Shown piece by piece: positions 45,424 to 55,800 of a stretch of 64,000 nt of DNA (position 1 is the first letter of the stretch; every line of letters begins with the position of its first letter). The DNA is from an uncultured Clostridia bacterium (lineage in GTDB: Bacteria > Bacillota > Clostridia > Christensenellales > DTU072): the NCBI GenBank assembly GCA_944349655.1, contig CALVNL010000003.1:15252-79251 (forward strand), in the 5' to 3' direction. The position numbers and the translations under genes were made by a program. Under the pieces are notes generated by a model. The model saw only the letters and a program-made list of their open reading frames with translations. It was not told where the DNA came from and did not search any database.

Positions 45424-47820
45424 TTATTTTGCGATAATGTTCAGAATACGTCCTTTAACGTAAATTACCTTAACTATATTCATTTCTTTGAACGGCGGGA
45501 AGGCTTCTTTGGCTTTTTCCACTATTTCCGCCTCGCTTTCGTCCTTATGAACGAGGATTTTCGCTCTCAGTTTGCCGTTGAGCTGAACGGGGATTTCCAC
45601 CACGTCGTCCACCAGATCTTTTTCGTCGTAAGTAGGCCAGGACTCTTTTTCTATTTTTTTACCGAACAGGTTTTCGAACATTTCGCTGGTCATGTGCGGC
45701 GCTACGGGATAGAGAAGTTTCAAAAGAATTTCCAGCTCTCCCTTCGTCACCGAGCCTCTGTTATAGAACTGGTTGACCGCGGTCATGAGACAGGCTATGG
45801 CGGTGTTGTATTTGACCGCTTCGTAGTCGTCGGAGGTTTTCTTGATGACCGCCGCCATGTTTACGTCGTCGGTCGGCGTTTCCTTAATCATATCGGCAAG
45901 CGCCCATACTCTGTTGAGAAACCTTCTGCACCCTCTCACTCCTTCCACAGACCAGGGAGCGGGCTTTTCGTAATCCCCTATAAACAATATAAAAGTACGC
46001 AACGTGTCGGCTCCGTATTCTTTTATGACGTCGTCGGGATTGACTACGTTACCCCTGGACTTACTCATCTTTTCGCCGTCGCTTCCGAGAATAAGTCCTT
46101 GTGCGGTACGTTTGAGGTAGGGTTCTTCCTTGCTCACCACGCCGATATCGTAAAGGAACATATTCCAGAAACGGCTGTATATGACGTGCCTGGTGACGTG
46201 TTCCATTCCGCCGTTGTACCAATCGACCTGGTTCCAGTAGCGGTAGGCGTCCTTGTCCACGGGAGCGTTGTCGCAGAAAGGCGACATATATCTTAAGAAA
46301 TACCAGCTGCTTCCCGCCCACTGCGGCATAGTGTCGGTCTCTCTTTTTGCGGGGGCGCCGCATATCGGGCAGACCGTGTTGACCCAGTCGGTAACTTTAC
46401 TCAAAGGACTGGAAGCGTCGTCTGTGGGGCTGAAGTCTTCCAGCGGAGGAAGTTTCAAAGGAAGTTCGTTTTCGGGAACGGGTACCTGTCCGCAATGAGG
46501 ACAGTTGATTATGGGAATGGGCTCTCCCCAGTATCTTTGACGGTTGAACGCCCAGTCTTTCATTTTATAATCGGTCTTCGGAGTTCCGATACCGTTTTTC
46601 GCCATATAATCTATCATTGCGGGAATTGCTTCGGCTACTTCCATTCCGTTCAGGAAACCGGAGTTGACCATCTTTCCGCCTTCTTTAGCTATATACGCTT
46701 CCTTCTCTATATCCCCTCCCGAAATGACTTCGATTATCGGAAGGTTGAATTTCTTGGCGAATTCGTAGTCCCTCGTATCGTGCGCAGGCACCGCCATAAT
46801 CGCTCCCGTACCGTAATCCATCATAACGTAATCGGCGCAAAATACGGGTATTTCCGTACCTGTGACTGGGTTGACGGCGACTATTCCCTTGACGAGTTCG
46901 CCGCTCTTTTCCTTGGCAAGATGCACCCTTTCGAATTCTTTTTTGAGTTTGGCTTTCTGCTGGTAAGCGGAAATTGAGTCGAGATTTTCTATATCTGACG
47001 CAAATTCCTTCAAGACGGGATGTTCGGGGCTTACCACCACGAAGGTAACGCCGAAAATGGTATCGGGACGGGTGGTATAAACCTTGAGAGGATATTCTTT
47101 TTCGCCTGCGCGGACTTTGAAAACCACTTCGGCTCCGCGGCTTTTCCCGATCCAGTTGGTCTGTTCGATTTTTATTTTTTCCAGGAAATCCAGATCCTTC
47201 AATCCGCTCAGCAAACGTTCGGCGTAATTCCTGATACGCAGAAACCACACGTCTTTTTCCCGCTGTTCCACCATCGAACCGCAACGGTCGCAGACGCCGT
47301 TCTGACTTTCTTCGTTGGCAAGCACCACTTTGCATTTGGGGCAGAAATTGACAAGGGTCGTGGACTTGTAAGCCAGTCCTTTTTTGAACATCTGCAAGAA
47401 TATCCACTGCGTCCAACGATAATAATCGGGATCGGTAGTGTCCACCGCCCTGTCGTAATCGAAGGAAAAACCGACTTTACGGAGTTGTTCGTCGAAATGA
47501 CGGATATTGTCGTCGGTAACCAGACGGGGATGCCTGCCGGTAGCCATGGCGTAATTTTCGGTGGGAAGTCCGAATGCGTCGTAACCTATAGGGAAAAGCA
47601 CGTTGTATCCTTCCATACGGCGTTTTCTCGCAATAACTTCCATACCGGTATAAGCTCTCACGTGTCCTACGTGAATGCCCGCTCCCGACGGATAGGGAAA
47701 TTCGATAAGCCCGTAAAACTTTTTCCTGCCGGGTTCTTCGACGGCGTGAAAAATTTTGTTATCGTACCAGTAACTCTGCCATTTTTTTTCGATTTCGGCG
47801 GGATTGTATGCCTTTGTCAT
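45424..47820 (-). CDS. leuS: Leucine--tRNA ligase
   Basis: FPYPSGAGIHVGHVRAY (HIGH), KMSKSRGN (KMSKS). 798 aa. Confidence 0.9.
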   Translation of the reverse strand: MTKAYNPAEIEKKWQSYWYDNKIFHAVEEPGRKKFYGLIEFPYPSGAGIHVGHVRAYTGMEVIARKRRMEGYNVLFPIGYDAFGLPTENYAMATGRHPRLVTDDNIRHFDEQLRKVGFSFDYDRAVDTTDPDYYRWTQWIFLQMFKKGLAYKSTTLVNFCPKCKVVLANEESQNGVCDRCGSMVEQREKDVWFLRIRNYAERLLSGLKDLDFLEKIKIEQTNWIGKSRGAEVVFKVRAGEKEYPLKVYTTRPDTIFGVTFVVVSPEHPVLKEFASDIENLDSISAYQQKAKLKKEFERVHLAKEKSGELVKGIVAVNPVTGTEIPVFCADYVMMDYGTGAIMAVPAHDTRDYEFAKKFNLPIIEVISGGDIEKEAYIAKEGGKMVNSGFLNGMEVAEAIPAMIDYMAKNGIGTPKTDYKMKDWAFNRQRYWGEPIPIINCPHCGQVPVPENELPLKLPPLEDFSPTDDASSPLSKVTDWVNTVCPICGAPAKRETDTMPQWAGSSWYFLRYMSPFCDNAPVDKDAYRYWNQVDWYNGGMEHVTRHVIYSRFWNMFLYDIGVVSKEEPYLKRTAQGLILGSDGEKMSKSRGNVVNPDDVIKEYGADTLRTFILFIGDYEKPAPWSVEGVRGCRRFLNRVWALADMIKETPTDDVNMAAVIKKTSDDYEAVKYNTAIACLMTAVNQFYNRGSVTKGELEILLKLLYPVAPHMTSEMFENLFGKKIEKESWPTYDEKDLVDDVVEIPVQLNGKLRAKILVHKDESEAEIVEKAKEAFPPFKEMNIVKVIYVKGRILNIIAK

Positions 47821-47959
47821 AAATGCCTCACTATTTCAAGAATAAACTTAATAAATAATACCACGCTTAACGTCTTTAAGTCAAACATAAGGGGGAAAAT
47901 GCTTTTAATTTTTCCTTTGATTTGTTAAAATAAGAGTATTCTCGTCCGGGAGGTAAAAG

Positions 47960-48781
47960 ATGGACGCTTTTGTGGAAAAACTGAAAGTATTTCTTGCCGG
48001 CACGGGAAAGAATATCGTTACCGCTCTGGTGGTGCTTTTTATGGGGTTGGTCATCATAAAAATCGTCTCCCGAGTCAGTAAAAATTCCTTGCAGAAAACT
48101 TCTGTGGCGAGGACGACGATTTCTTTCGCGGTGTCGATAATTCATTTCGCTTTATACGCGCTACTCATCTATCTGGTGATAAGCATTCTCGTCCCCAACG
48201 TGAGCGCGGGACTTATCGCGGTTCTCGGCAGCGCGGCTCTCGCCGTGGGTCTCGCCCTTAAGGACAGTTTGAGCGACTTTGCCAGCGGTATAATGATTAT
48301 TTTCAACAAACCTTTCAAAGAGGGCGATTTTATCGAAGTCGACGGGGTGGAAGGCACCATAAGAAGCATTCATCTTATGCACACCGTAATTTACACTTCC
48401 GACAACAAAAAAATCGTCGTCAACAACAGCAGAGTCAACAGCGAAAAAATAATAAATTATTCCGCACGTCCCACAAGACGAGTCGATCTGGAATTTTCCG
48501 CCGCCTACGGGAGCGACCTCGACGTCGTGAAGAAAGCCATAACCGAAACCGCTCTCGCCCACGAAAAGGTCCTGAAAAATCCCGAACCGCTCGTAAGACT
48601 TTACCTTCACGGCGAAAGCAGCCTTATATTCCGCTGCCGCGTCTGGGTCAACAACGCCGATTACTGGGACGTTTATTACGACCTTACCGAAAATATCTAC
48701 AACCGCTTCAATCGCGACGGTATAGACATCCCCTTCAAAACCGTCACCGTCAATTTACCGAAAAAGGAGGACGCACAATGA
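47960..48781 (+). CDS. MscS-family mechanosensitive channel
   Basis: Three TMs followed by FKEGDFIEVDGVEGTIRSIHLMHTVIYTSDNKKIVVNNSRV. Confidence 0.85.
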   Translation: MDAFVEKLKVFLAGTGKNIVTALVVLFMGLVIIKIVSRVSKNSLQKTSVARTTISFAVSIIHFALYALLIYLVISILVPNVSAGLIAVLGSAALAVGLALKDSLSDFASGIMIIFNKPFKEGDFIEVDGVEGTIRSIHLMHTVIYTSDNKKIVVNNSRVNSEKIINYSARPTRRVDLEFSAAYGSDLDVVKKAITETALAHEKVLKNPEPLVRLYLHGESSLIFRCRVWVNNADYWDVYYDLTENIYNRFNRDGIDIPFKTVTVNLPKKEDAQ

Positions 48782-49278
48782 AAAACAAACTGTTGAACCT
48801 CTTTATCCTTATCGGACTCTGCGGCTTTGCCACCGCTTGTTTTCTGGTTGCGACAAACATTGCTCAATTCGGAGCGTTATGGTTGGATTACGTGTTTTTA
48901 GGGTCCCTTTTAATTGTTTTTGTTTGCCTGAACTTCAAGTTTCGCAAATATACTCCTTACGACGAAACGGTCTCCTGTCTGCGTCGTGCCAAAAAAAGCG
49001 TGGCGTCGGTAAAGACCGGTAAAGAAATAAATTACGTTAAACTCCTCGCCGTACAGAACCAACTTTCGAACGCGTCGATATACCTGTCCGATTTGACGTC
49101 TTCTCTCGACCTATACGAACTTAAGGACGCGGTAAGCGAACTGGAAATTATCCGTTCGCATTACAAAACGGACGAAAATTTCCGCCTGACTATGGACGAA
49201 CAAACTCACTCGTCGGACGTAGCCGCCCTCGGCAGAATAATAGACTCCGTCAAATCCGTCGGACAAAGTAAGGAATAA
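48778..49278 (+). CDS. Two-TM membrane protein of unknown function
   Basis: ATGA-coupled to the MscS gene. 166 aa. Confidence 0.55.
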   Translation: MKNKLLNLFILIGLCGFATACFLVATNIAQFGALWLDYVFLGSLLIVFVCLNFKFRKYTPYDETVSCLRRAKKSVASVKTGKEINYVKLLAVQNQLSNASIYLSDLTSSLDLYELKDAVSELEIIRSHYKTDENFRLTMDEQTHSSDVAALGRIIDSVKSVGQSKE

Positions 49279-49308
49279 AACTTTAGCTTTTTCCCCCGAT
49301 ACCGTCAA

Positions 49309-49334
49309 CGCCCGCCCGAAGCGGGCGTTTTTTT
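49309..49334 (+). terminator. Rho-independent terminator
   Basis: CGCCCGC, loop CCGAA, GCGGGCG, then T7. Confidence 0.75.
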
Positions 49335-49623
49335 ACGGCGAGGAAAATTTTACGTTAAAGAATTTAGTCAAAAGCCTTACGCTTCTATCCCTTTGCGCGG
49401 AAATGAAATTGCGCGAAAAGCCCGAACGGGCGGAATATTTCCTTATGGAAATCCTTTCAGAAAAGGTTTTAATGAGAATATCTTTTTCGTACGGCTCGAG
49501 AAAATTCAGACAATGCTCCAGAAACTCCGCTTCCTTATCGGGTTTGTCGAGCGCTTTGGCTTCTTTTTTACGGTCTTTCAGATTGACTAATAAATCCTTG
49601 AGGTCTTTTTCTTCGTAAATCAC
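49333..49623 (-). CDS. Small sigma-70 region-4-like HTH protein
   Basis: GTG start in a GTGA overlap with the upstream stop; GGAGG ~10 nt upstream. EPYEKDILIKTFSERISIRKYSARSGFSRNFISAQRDRSVRLLTKFF. The longer track ORF 49333..49842 overlaps the upstream gene in another frame. Confidence 0.55.
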   Translation of the reverse strand: MIYEEKDLKDLLVNLKDRKKEAKALDKPDKEAEFLEHCLNFLEPYEKDILIKTFSERISIRKYSARSGFSRNFISAQRDRSVRLLTKFFNVKFSSP

Positions 49624-49934
49624 TCTATCACAACCTCCAGCCATTCTCTGATGGTTCCGTTTTCTTCCATTTCGGGCGAATAATCGCACTTTTCGCAGAT
49701 ACCTTCCAATATCCACATTCTCATAAGTCCGAAGTCGTATCCCCTTCTCAAAAACAAAACGAGCTCCTTCCCGCTGTCGGGATCGGGATACGTCTGTCTC
49801 AGAAAAGCCGCATCTTCGTCTTTTACCGATTTTTCCGCCCATTTCTTTATTTTCTGCCTGTCGGCAGGTATCAGGCAGACGATCTCTTCGTAATCGAAAA
49901 CCGCCCCCTTTGTCATAACTACTTTGTTAATCAT
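49620..49934 (-). CDS. Small protein of unknown function (104 aa)
   Basis: ATG start with GGAGG RBS. Coupled to the downstream HTH gene. Confidence 0.55.
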   Translation of the reverse strand: MINKVVMTKGAVFDYEEIVCLIPADRQKIKKWAEKSVKDEDAAFLRQTYPDPDSGKELVLFLRRGYDFGLMRMWILEGICEKCDYSPEMEENGTIREWLEVVIE

Positions 49935-50156
49935 TACGCCTCCGATGTAATTTAATGTTGTAACTTAGCCGAAATTAGGTTATTTTGTCAAATTTCGTCA
50001 CAATGATATCATAGGTCTTGTTGCGTTTTCAAGCCATATTTTGGCTTAAAATAACGTTTTTTGTCGAGTTTTAGCCCATTTTACGACTTGTTTTCCTCTC
50101 TTGTAATATTTTGACGCAATTTCTTCACCTCCCGTGTGGGCGTTTTGTTTTTTTGG

Positions 50157-50185
50157 TTGCATAAACAACGGCGTTTTGATATAAT
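50157..50185 (+). promoter_or_regulatory. Strong sigma-70 promoter placed for a leaderless transcript
   Basis: TTGCAT (50157-50162), 17-nt spacer, TG-extended TATAAT (50180-50185). The ATG lies at 50192, 7 nt downstream, with no SD. Confidence 0.5.
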
Positions 50186-50191
50186 AAATTT

Positions 50192-51019
50192 ATGAAATAC
50201 TTTAATCAGACTTTGGCTTATCTCTTCAAATACGGTAAAGGAAAAAGATTTTTTATTTTCTTTTTGCTGATGTTGCCCTCTTGCGCGATATTCGCTTATT
50301 TCTTTCCGTTGAGCCGACACTTTACTTTCTTCTTCGATTATCTCAGGACTTCGTATTACTCCTGGGGTCGTCTGTGGCTGGATTTCGACCACTCGGCAAT
50401 TTCGCTGTCCCTTTCCTTTGTAGGCGCCGTGATTACCGTATTCGCCGTTGCTTATGTTGCCACCGTCATCACCCGACACGTACGCGTCGGAGAATTCGGT
50501 TTTCCCAAATTATTATATTCGGTCAACGAAGGCTTTTTTCCTGCACTCTCCGTAACTATCGCCCTTATGGCTCTCATACTCGTGACGCACACCGTTTATA
50601 CCATCTTTCTTTATATGTGGATGCGTCTCGCCAACAAAATTTTCGGCCTTATCCTTTCGCTGATAACTTTTTTGGGGTTATCCGTAGCCGTGGTTTACCT
50701 TATTTCCTCCCTTATACTTTGGTTGCCCATTATGTTCTATAACGGACTTTTCGCATTCAAGGCGATGGGAGTGGCTTTCTATAAATCCCGTACCTATCAG
50801 AGATTCTTTTTCCTGCCCAACCTGATGCACCTCGGTATACTTTACGTGGTCGCTCTCGGTGCCCATTTCACCCGAAGCGTCTGGTTCGTGGAATGGATAC
50901 TGAACGCTCTTGCATATACGTATTTTGCCGTGGTAACGCTTGCTTTTTCCGTAATATCCTATTGCGAAACCGAAAGCATTACCAGAGAAGACCTGGCGAA
51001 AAGCTATTTCGGGAGGTAG
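50192..51019 (+). CDS. Polytopic membrane protein, unknown function
   Basis: 275 aa, six or more hydrophobic segments. Confidence 0.6.
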   Translation: MKYFNQTLAYLFKYGKGKRFFIFFLLMLPSCAIFAYFFPLSRHFTFFFDYLRTSYYSWGRLWLDFDHSAISLSLSFVGAVITVFAVAYVATVITRHVRVGEFGFPKLLYSVNEGFFPALSVTIALMALILVTHTVYTIFLYMWMRLANKIFGLILSLITFLGLSVAVVYLISSLILWLPIMFYNGLFAFKAMGVAFYKSRTYQRFFFLPNLMHLGILYVVALGAHFTRSVWFVEWILNALAYTYFAVVTLAFSVISYCETESITREDLAKSYFGR

Positions 51020-51020
51020 T

Positions 51021-51914
51021 ATGCCGATATATCACTCGTTTTCCATTCTGTTTTGTAATTTCAAATTAGTAGCTAAGCTATTGCTTTTCATATTCGTTAT
51101 CTTTCTTGTCGCGGCGTCGATACTTATAGGTATCCTCAACCCCGTCCTCGATAACTTCTTCGAAGAATTGCAACAGGAAATCCCCATAGACGGCGACTAT
51201 TTCTTCAAACACCCCATTCTGTCGCTACAGATAATTTTGGATTATTTCGCGAACTTTTTGGAAAACAATCCCGCTCTCGTGGCTACCCGTTTGGTTTATA
51301 TATGGTTGCTGGTTACCGGATTCAAGTTTTTCGTAAGTCTGCCTCTTTTGCCCGTGACCAAAATTCTGCACAGCAAAATGACCACAGGTTTCGATATGGG
51401 CTTTCTGAACGCAACGATAAGCACGGTTAAGGAAAACCTGCTTTTCTGTCTGGTTTCGGCTATAGTGGTAGGGATAGCGGATCTGTTGATATTTGCGGCA
51501 ATGACCTATGTTTTTATAGGGTTGGCAAAACTCATCGGTATTTTGTCGCTACCCGTTTCTTTCCTCATAACCTTGGTTATTTACTCTTTGCGTATAACTC
51601 TGCTATGTCAATGGCTTCCCGAAATGTGCGCGTCGAGTTCCAAAAATATTTTCAAAGCCTTGAAACATTCCTTCAAGCCGGTTTTCCGTAACTTCCGCAA
51701 GAACTTTATATGCGTATTCGTGATACTGGTTACCGTTTCCTCGGTGGTTTTGTCCACCGTGTTGCCCACGTTCGGGTTGGTTCCCATTCTGATGATACCT
51801 ACTTATATCGTTCTTTATTGCTCGCTTTGCCTGACTTTGTCGTGTTCTTTCTACCATCAGAAATATTTTATCGACAACGGCGTTACTATCTATAATCCCG
51901 TTAAAAAATATTAA
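51021..51914 (+). CDS. Polytopic membrane protein, unknown function
   Basis: 297 aa, GGAGG RBS, multiple TMs. Confidence 0.6.
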   Translation: MPIYHSFSILFCNFKLVAKLLLFIFVIFLVAASILIGILNPVLDNFFEELQQEIPIDGDYFFKHPILSLQIILDYFANFLENNPALVATRLVYIWLLVTGFKFFVSLPLLPVTKILHSKMTTGFDMGFLNATISTVKENLLFCLVSAIVVGIADLLIFAAMTYVFIGLAKLIGILSLPVSFLITLVIYSLRITLLCQWLPEMCASSSKNIFKALKHSFKPVFRNFRKNFICVFVILVTVSSVVLSTVLPTFGLVPILMIPTYIVLYCSLCLTLSCSFYHQKYFIDNGVTIYNPVKKY

Positions 51915-51935
51915 AATATCTCATCTGTATTCCGA

Positions 51936-51961
51936 AGAGAGGCTTGCCTCTCTTTTTTTTT
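51936..51961 (+). terminator. Rho-independent terminator
   Basis: AGAGAGG, loop CTTG, CCTCTCT, then T8. Confidence 0.75.
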
Positions 51962-51995
51962 ACGAATTTTTATTCCCGAAAGCAATACATTTTAT

Positions 51996-52847
51996 ATGGA
52001 TATGAAAAAACTCCGCCTGCATCCTTTTTTCATAATCGTGGGAATATTCTTTGTTTTCCGCGGACAGATAACGGTTTTCCTGAACACTCTCCTCTGCGTT
52101 TTTTTACACGAATACGCCCATTCCGTCGCGGCAAAAAAAAGAGGTTACAGAATAACGTCCCTCACTCTTATGCCGTACGGAGCCGTTCTGAACGCCGACA
52201 GCGGACTTTCCGACGAGGACGCTTTTGCAATTTACGTTTCCGGTCCTGCCGGCAATTTTCTCGCCGCGCTAAGCGTAGTCGCCCTCTGGTGGACGATTCC
52301 CGAAACGTATTCCTTTACTTTGATTTTTTTCAAAGTCAATCTGGCTTTGGGCGTCTTCAATCTTCTTCCGCTTTATCCCCTCGACGGCAGCAGGATACTC
52401 CTCTCTATGGTTAAAAATAAAAAAAGATGCCTGCGTATCCTTACCGTTGTCGGGTATGTAGCGTCCTTTACTTTCGCCGCGCTTTTCGTTGCGAGCGCTT
52501 TTTACAAAATAGTTTACAGTTTTGCCATAGTTTCGGTAATGCTTTTTATCGGCGCGAGCGTGGAAGCCGAAAAAGAAAAATACGTTTTGTTCTGCAAAGA
52601 ATTTTTCTGTATCCGTGACCTTTCCCGTCCGCTCAGAAAAATCGAACTCTACGTCCATACTTCCGCTCCCGTCGGTTCAGTCACGAAGGAACTGACTTCC
52701 GACGCTTTTTACACGGTCAATATTGTGGACGGGAATATGCGAATACTGAAAAAACTGGAAGGAACGGAACTGGAAAAACTTTTCTTTACGGAAAAGAGCC
52801 GCCCTATGGCGGCTCTGCTAAGAAAAGACGACTCCGTCAGTCTTTGA
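51996..52847 (+). CDS. M50 site-2 metalloprotease, SpoIVFB-like
   Basis: LHEYAHSVAA (HExxH) and NLLPLYPLDGSRIL (NxxPxxxLDG). Confidence 0.8.
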   Translation: MDMKKLRLHPFFIIVGIFFVFRGQITVFLNTLLCVFLHEYAHSVAAKKRGYRITSLTLMPYGAVLNADSGLSDEDAFAIYVSGPAGNFLAALSVVALWWTIPETYSFTLIFFKVNLALGVFNLLPLYPLDGSRILLSMVKNKKRCLRILTVVGYVASFTFAALFVASAFYKIVYSFAIVSVMLFIGASVEAEKEKYVLFCKEFFCIRDLSRPLRKIELYVHTSAPVGSVTKELTSDAFYTVNIVDGNMRILKKLEGTELEKLFFTEKSRPMAALLRKDDSVSL

Positions 52848-55800
52848 ATTTTTCCATATATTTCCTTTCGCGTTCCTTTTTCTTGCGGTTGACCGCTATG
52901 ATTACCGCCACGACGCCCACCACGACGACTACGCCTATTACCGTTGCGCCCAAGGGAATATAGTCCGTTATAAGATCGGTCGCCGCCTTGGAGCTATATA
53001 CGGCTATACCGTAAACAGGTTCGGCAGTAAAGGTAACGGTAACGAGATTTTCCGAGCTTTCCGTTCCTTCTGCGGAAGTTTTGAGCGTAGCCGTTACTTC
53101 CTTATAATCGGTAAGTTCTTCTACAGAACCGTCTGCTTTCACCAGATAAATTTTATCGCCTTCATTTAACGCAAGGCTGACGGTATAAACTATTTCTTCT
53201 GCGGAAATTTCGCCGTAACGCAATTCGTAATAACCGCTAAGATAACGGCTGTTAGGCAGGAAAATATTATAATTCAACGCTTTATCCAACTGCTCCTGGT
53301 AAATCGACAACCCGATGGATTCGGCTTTAACCACCGTCAGAGAAGCCGTCGCGCCGAAATCTCCTTCCATCGTTACGAAAGTGTCGCTGATAGAAGTTTT
53401 GTTTACGGTTATGGTTCCGCTTAAGTAAATGAACTCATAATTCTTATCCGCGCCTCCCTTCGGAGTAACGTAATAAATCCCCCCTGCCGAAGCCACGGGA
53501 TCAACGGAAGGTTTGCTGTCCAGTACGCTTTCGTTGTCGCCGCCCACAAATCCGTCGTAAACAATTTCGGTCTTTATGACGTCCCCTTCCTTAAAGGTAG
53601 CCGATTTTACCGAAACGGTCAGTAAAGCGGGATAAATCACGTATTTAATCGAAGCTCCGCCCTCCAGTACGTAACGTGTCTCGTCTTCGGAAAGTCTTAC
53701 GGTGTAATAATATTCCCCTGCGTCTATGGACGGCACTTTGTCCGCAATAAGTTGTACCTTGTCGTCACCCACCGCATTGGACAAAGCTGCGGTAAATTCG
53801 CCCTGCACCTCGCCGTTATAAACATACTCGGTAACGCCCTCGAACACGACTTCGGCTATCCTCGGCAAAACGTTCACGATAACGTTATCGCTCCTTACCG
53901 CCGCAAAATTCGAGGTGTCGGGAGTAAACATCGCCGCAAGCGTATTTTCTCCTACTCCGCACTTCGTATCGGGGAATATCCAACTGAAAGTTCCTTGCAC
54001 TGCTTTTCCGTAAGCGTCTATAGCGCTCCCGCTCAACCTTAACGAAGAAAGAGCATTGCCGTAACGCAACGTCCCGTCAGGCACAAAAGTTACCGTGGGG
54101 GTCGCTTTATTGATACGGAATTTGTTACTCGAATAATCCACCGAAACTATACGGTAATTGTTTCCGCCGTCGTAACCCGACAAAGTGTAGGCGTATTCGC
54201 CCACGTTTTCACCCGGTTGACGGGTGACGGAAACCGTGACGGATTCCGCTCCGTCGTCGAACATAAAGGAATAACCGTCGTTAGGACGGAAAGTAATAAT
54301 CGGGTCGGGCTGACCGTAATCTTTCTCCACTTCGTCCACTATAAACTCTATATCCCTTTTCGCTATCACGTATTCGGAAACGTGCGTAGCGGAAAATACG
54401 ATATCGTAGTCGGGATTGTTTGCGCCGGTCAACGAGCCTTGCAGGATTTCGTAACTTCCTGCTGCCTCGCCTTCCTCACGGGATAGGAAACCGTTGAATG
54501 TTATCGCCTTGCCGTTAGGCAACGAGTCGGTAACCAGATTGGTCGCCTTGTCGTAAACTTTATATTTTATGAAAGAGTCCTGCTCCCCGTAGATTTTACC
54601 GTTGGTTTCCTCGCCTATTTCTATATTGGTACGGATTTCCACGGGTCGGGGCGTTATGGTAAGGGTATTGTTGTAAGAGGTGCGGAAAACGTATCCGTCG
54701 CTGTCGCCGCCGTAAAAACTGACGTCGTAACTTCCGGCTTTAAGTTCTCCTTTGTTTTCCACTTCGTACATTGACGGCACAAATCCCGCCACGGTTTCGG
54801 TCGCGATAACGTCGCTCTGCGCTTCGTCGGTACTGTAAACGAGGGTCAGGTCTATCACGTCGCCGTAATAAACGGTCTCTTCCTTTACCCCCACGTAAAT
54901 AACTCCCGCTTCCACTTTTATGGTATATTCCTCGCTGTAGCGGTCTTCGTAATTGGGACTGTTGGTCGCCTTGAAACGGAAAGTCAAAGTACCGTCGAGA
55001 GAATAGCGGGTCAGTTCCAACAGATAATCTCCGTTTTCGGACAAGGTGACTTTAGCTTCTCCCCGTCCGTTTACCGTCCTTTCCACTTGGAGGTCGGCTC
55101 CGTAAAGCTCTCCGGGCGTTATCGCTATACCTTCGCCGTAAGTCAATACCATATCCTCGAAGTTTCCGCCGTCGGATAGCGATACCTCTATCTCTCCGCC
55201 TTTATCGGAACGCAAAACCTCGAAAGCATATCTTCCTACGTTTGCGTCGAGAGTATAATTTTTGTCGTTAACGGACAGTTCGGCTTCGTAATTGCCTGCG
55301 TCCTTGACAGAGGAAACGAGCGTTTCGCTTTCGTCGTTCAATTTATAGAAAATTGCCGTTACTTTCCCGTCTCCGCCGCTGAGTTTGCGGAAAGTAATGT
55401 TTATCAGGGAAGACAGATCGCTCCCGTCGTACATCAGAACGGGAACGGAATAATGCAAATCCTCTTCCTTAACCGTCTTGGGCGTAATCGTATATTCCGT
55501 TGCGCCCGATATCGCGACTACGTAATTTTCGCTGTCGGTACAGCTTACCTCCACGGTGTATATCCCTGCGTCGTATTTTTTGCTGCCGTCTTCCGGCAAA
55601 GTTTGCGGAACAAACTCGAATTTCAAAGCCGCCGTTCCGTAAAGCGTACCGTCGAGGGTATAATTCGCGGTAGGACTTACGCCCGTATATTCGCTTTCCG
55701 TGACGTTCAAGGTAACGGTCAGCGTCATCCGAGCTATTGAGGCCGCAATCCCCGTCAAGGTTACCTCTGTGAGAGAATAATTCCCAGATGCGGTTCCCGA

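Noticed and set aside
45547-47928. Several long plus-strand and alternative-frame ORFs (45547..46296, 46495..46977, 47020..47928, 46685..47416).
   Set aside because: All lie inside or antisense to leuS, whose HIGH and KMSKS motifs fix the real frame.
47821-47959. Looked for a T-box leader upstream of leuS, and for a leader or attenuator upstream of leuA (26380-26475).
   Set aside because: The intergenic spaces (~140 and ~95 nt, shared with divergent genes) are too short for a T-box. I could not find a specifier-loop or T-box consensus sequence.
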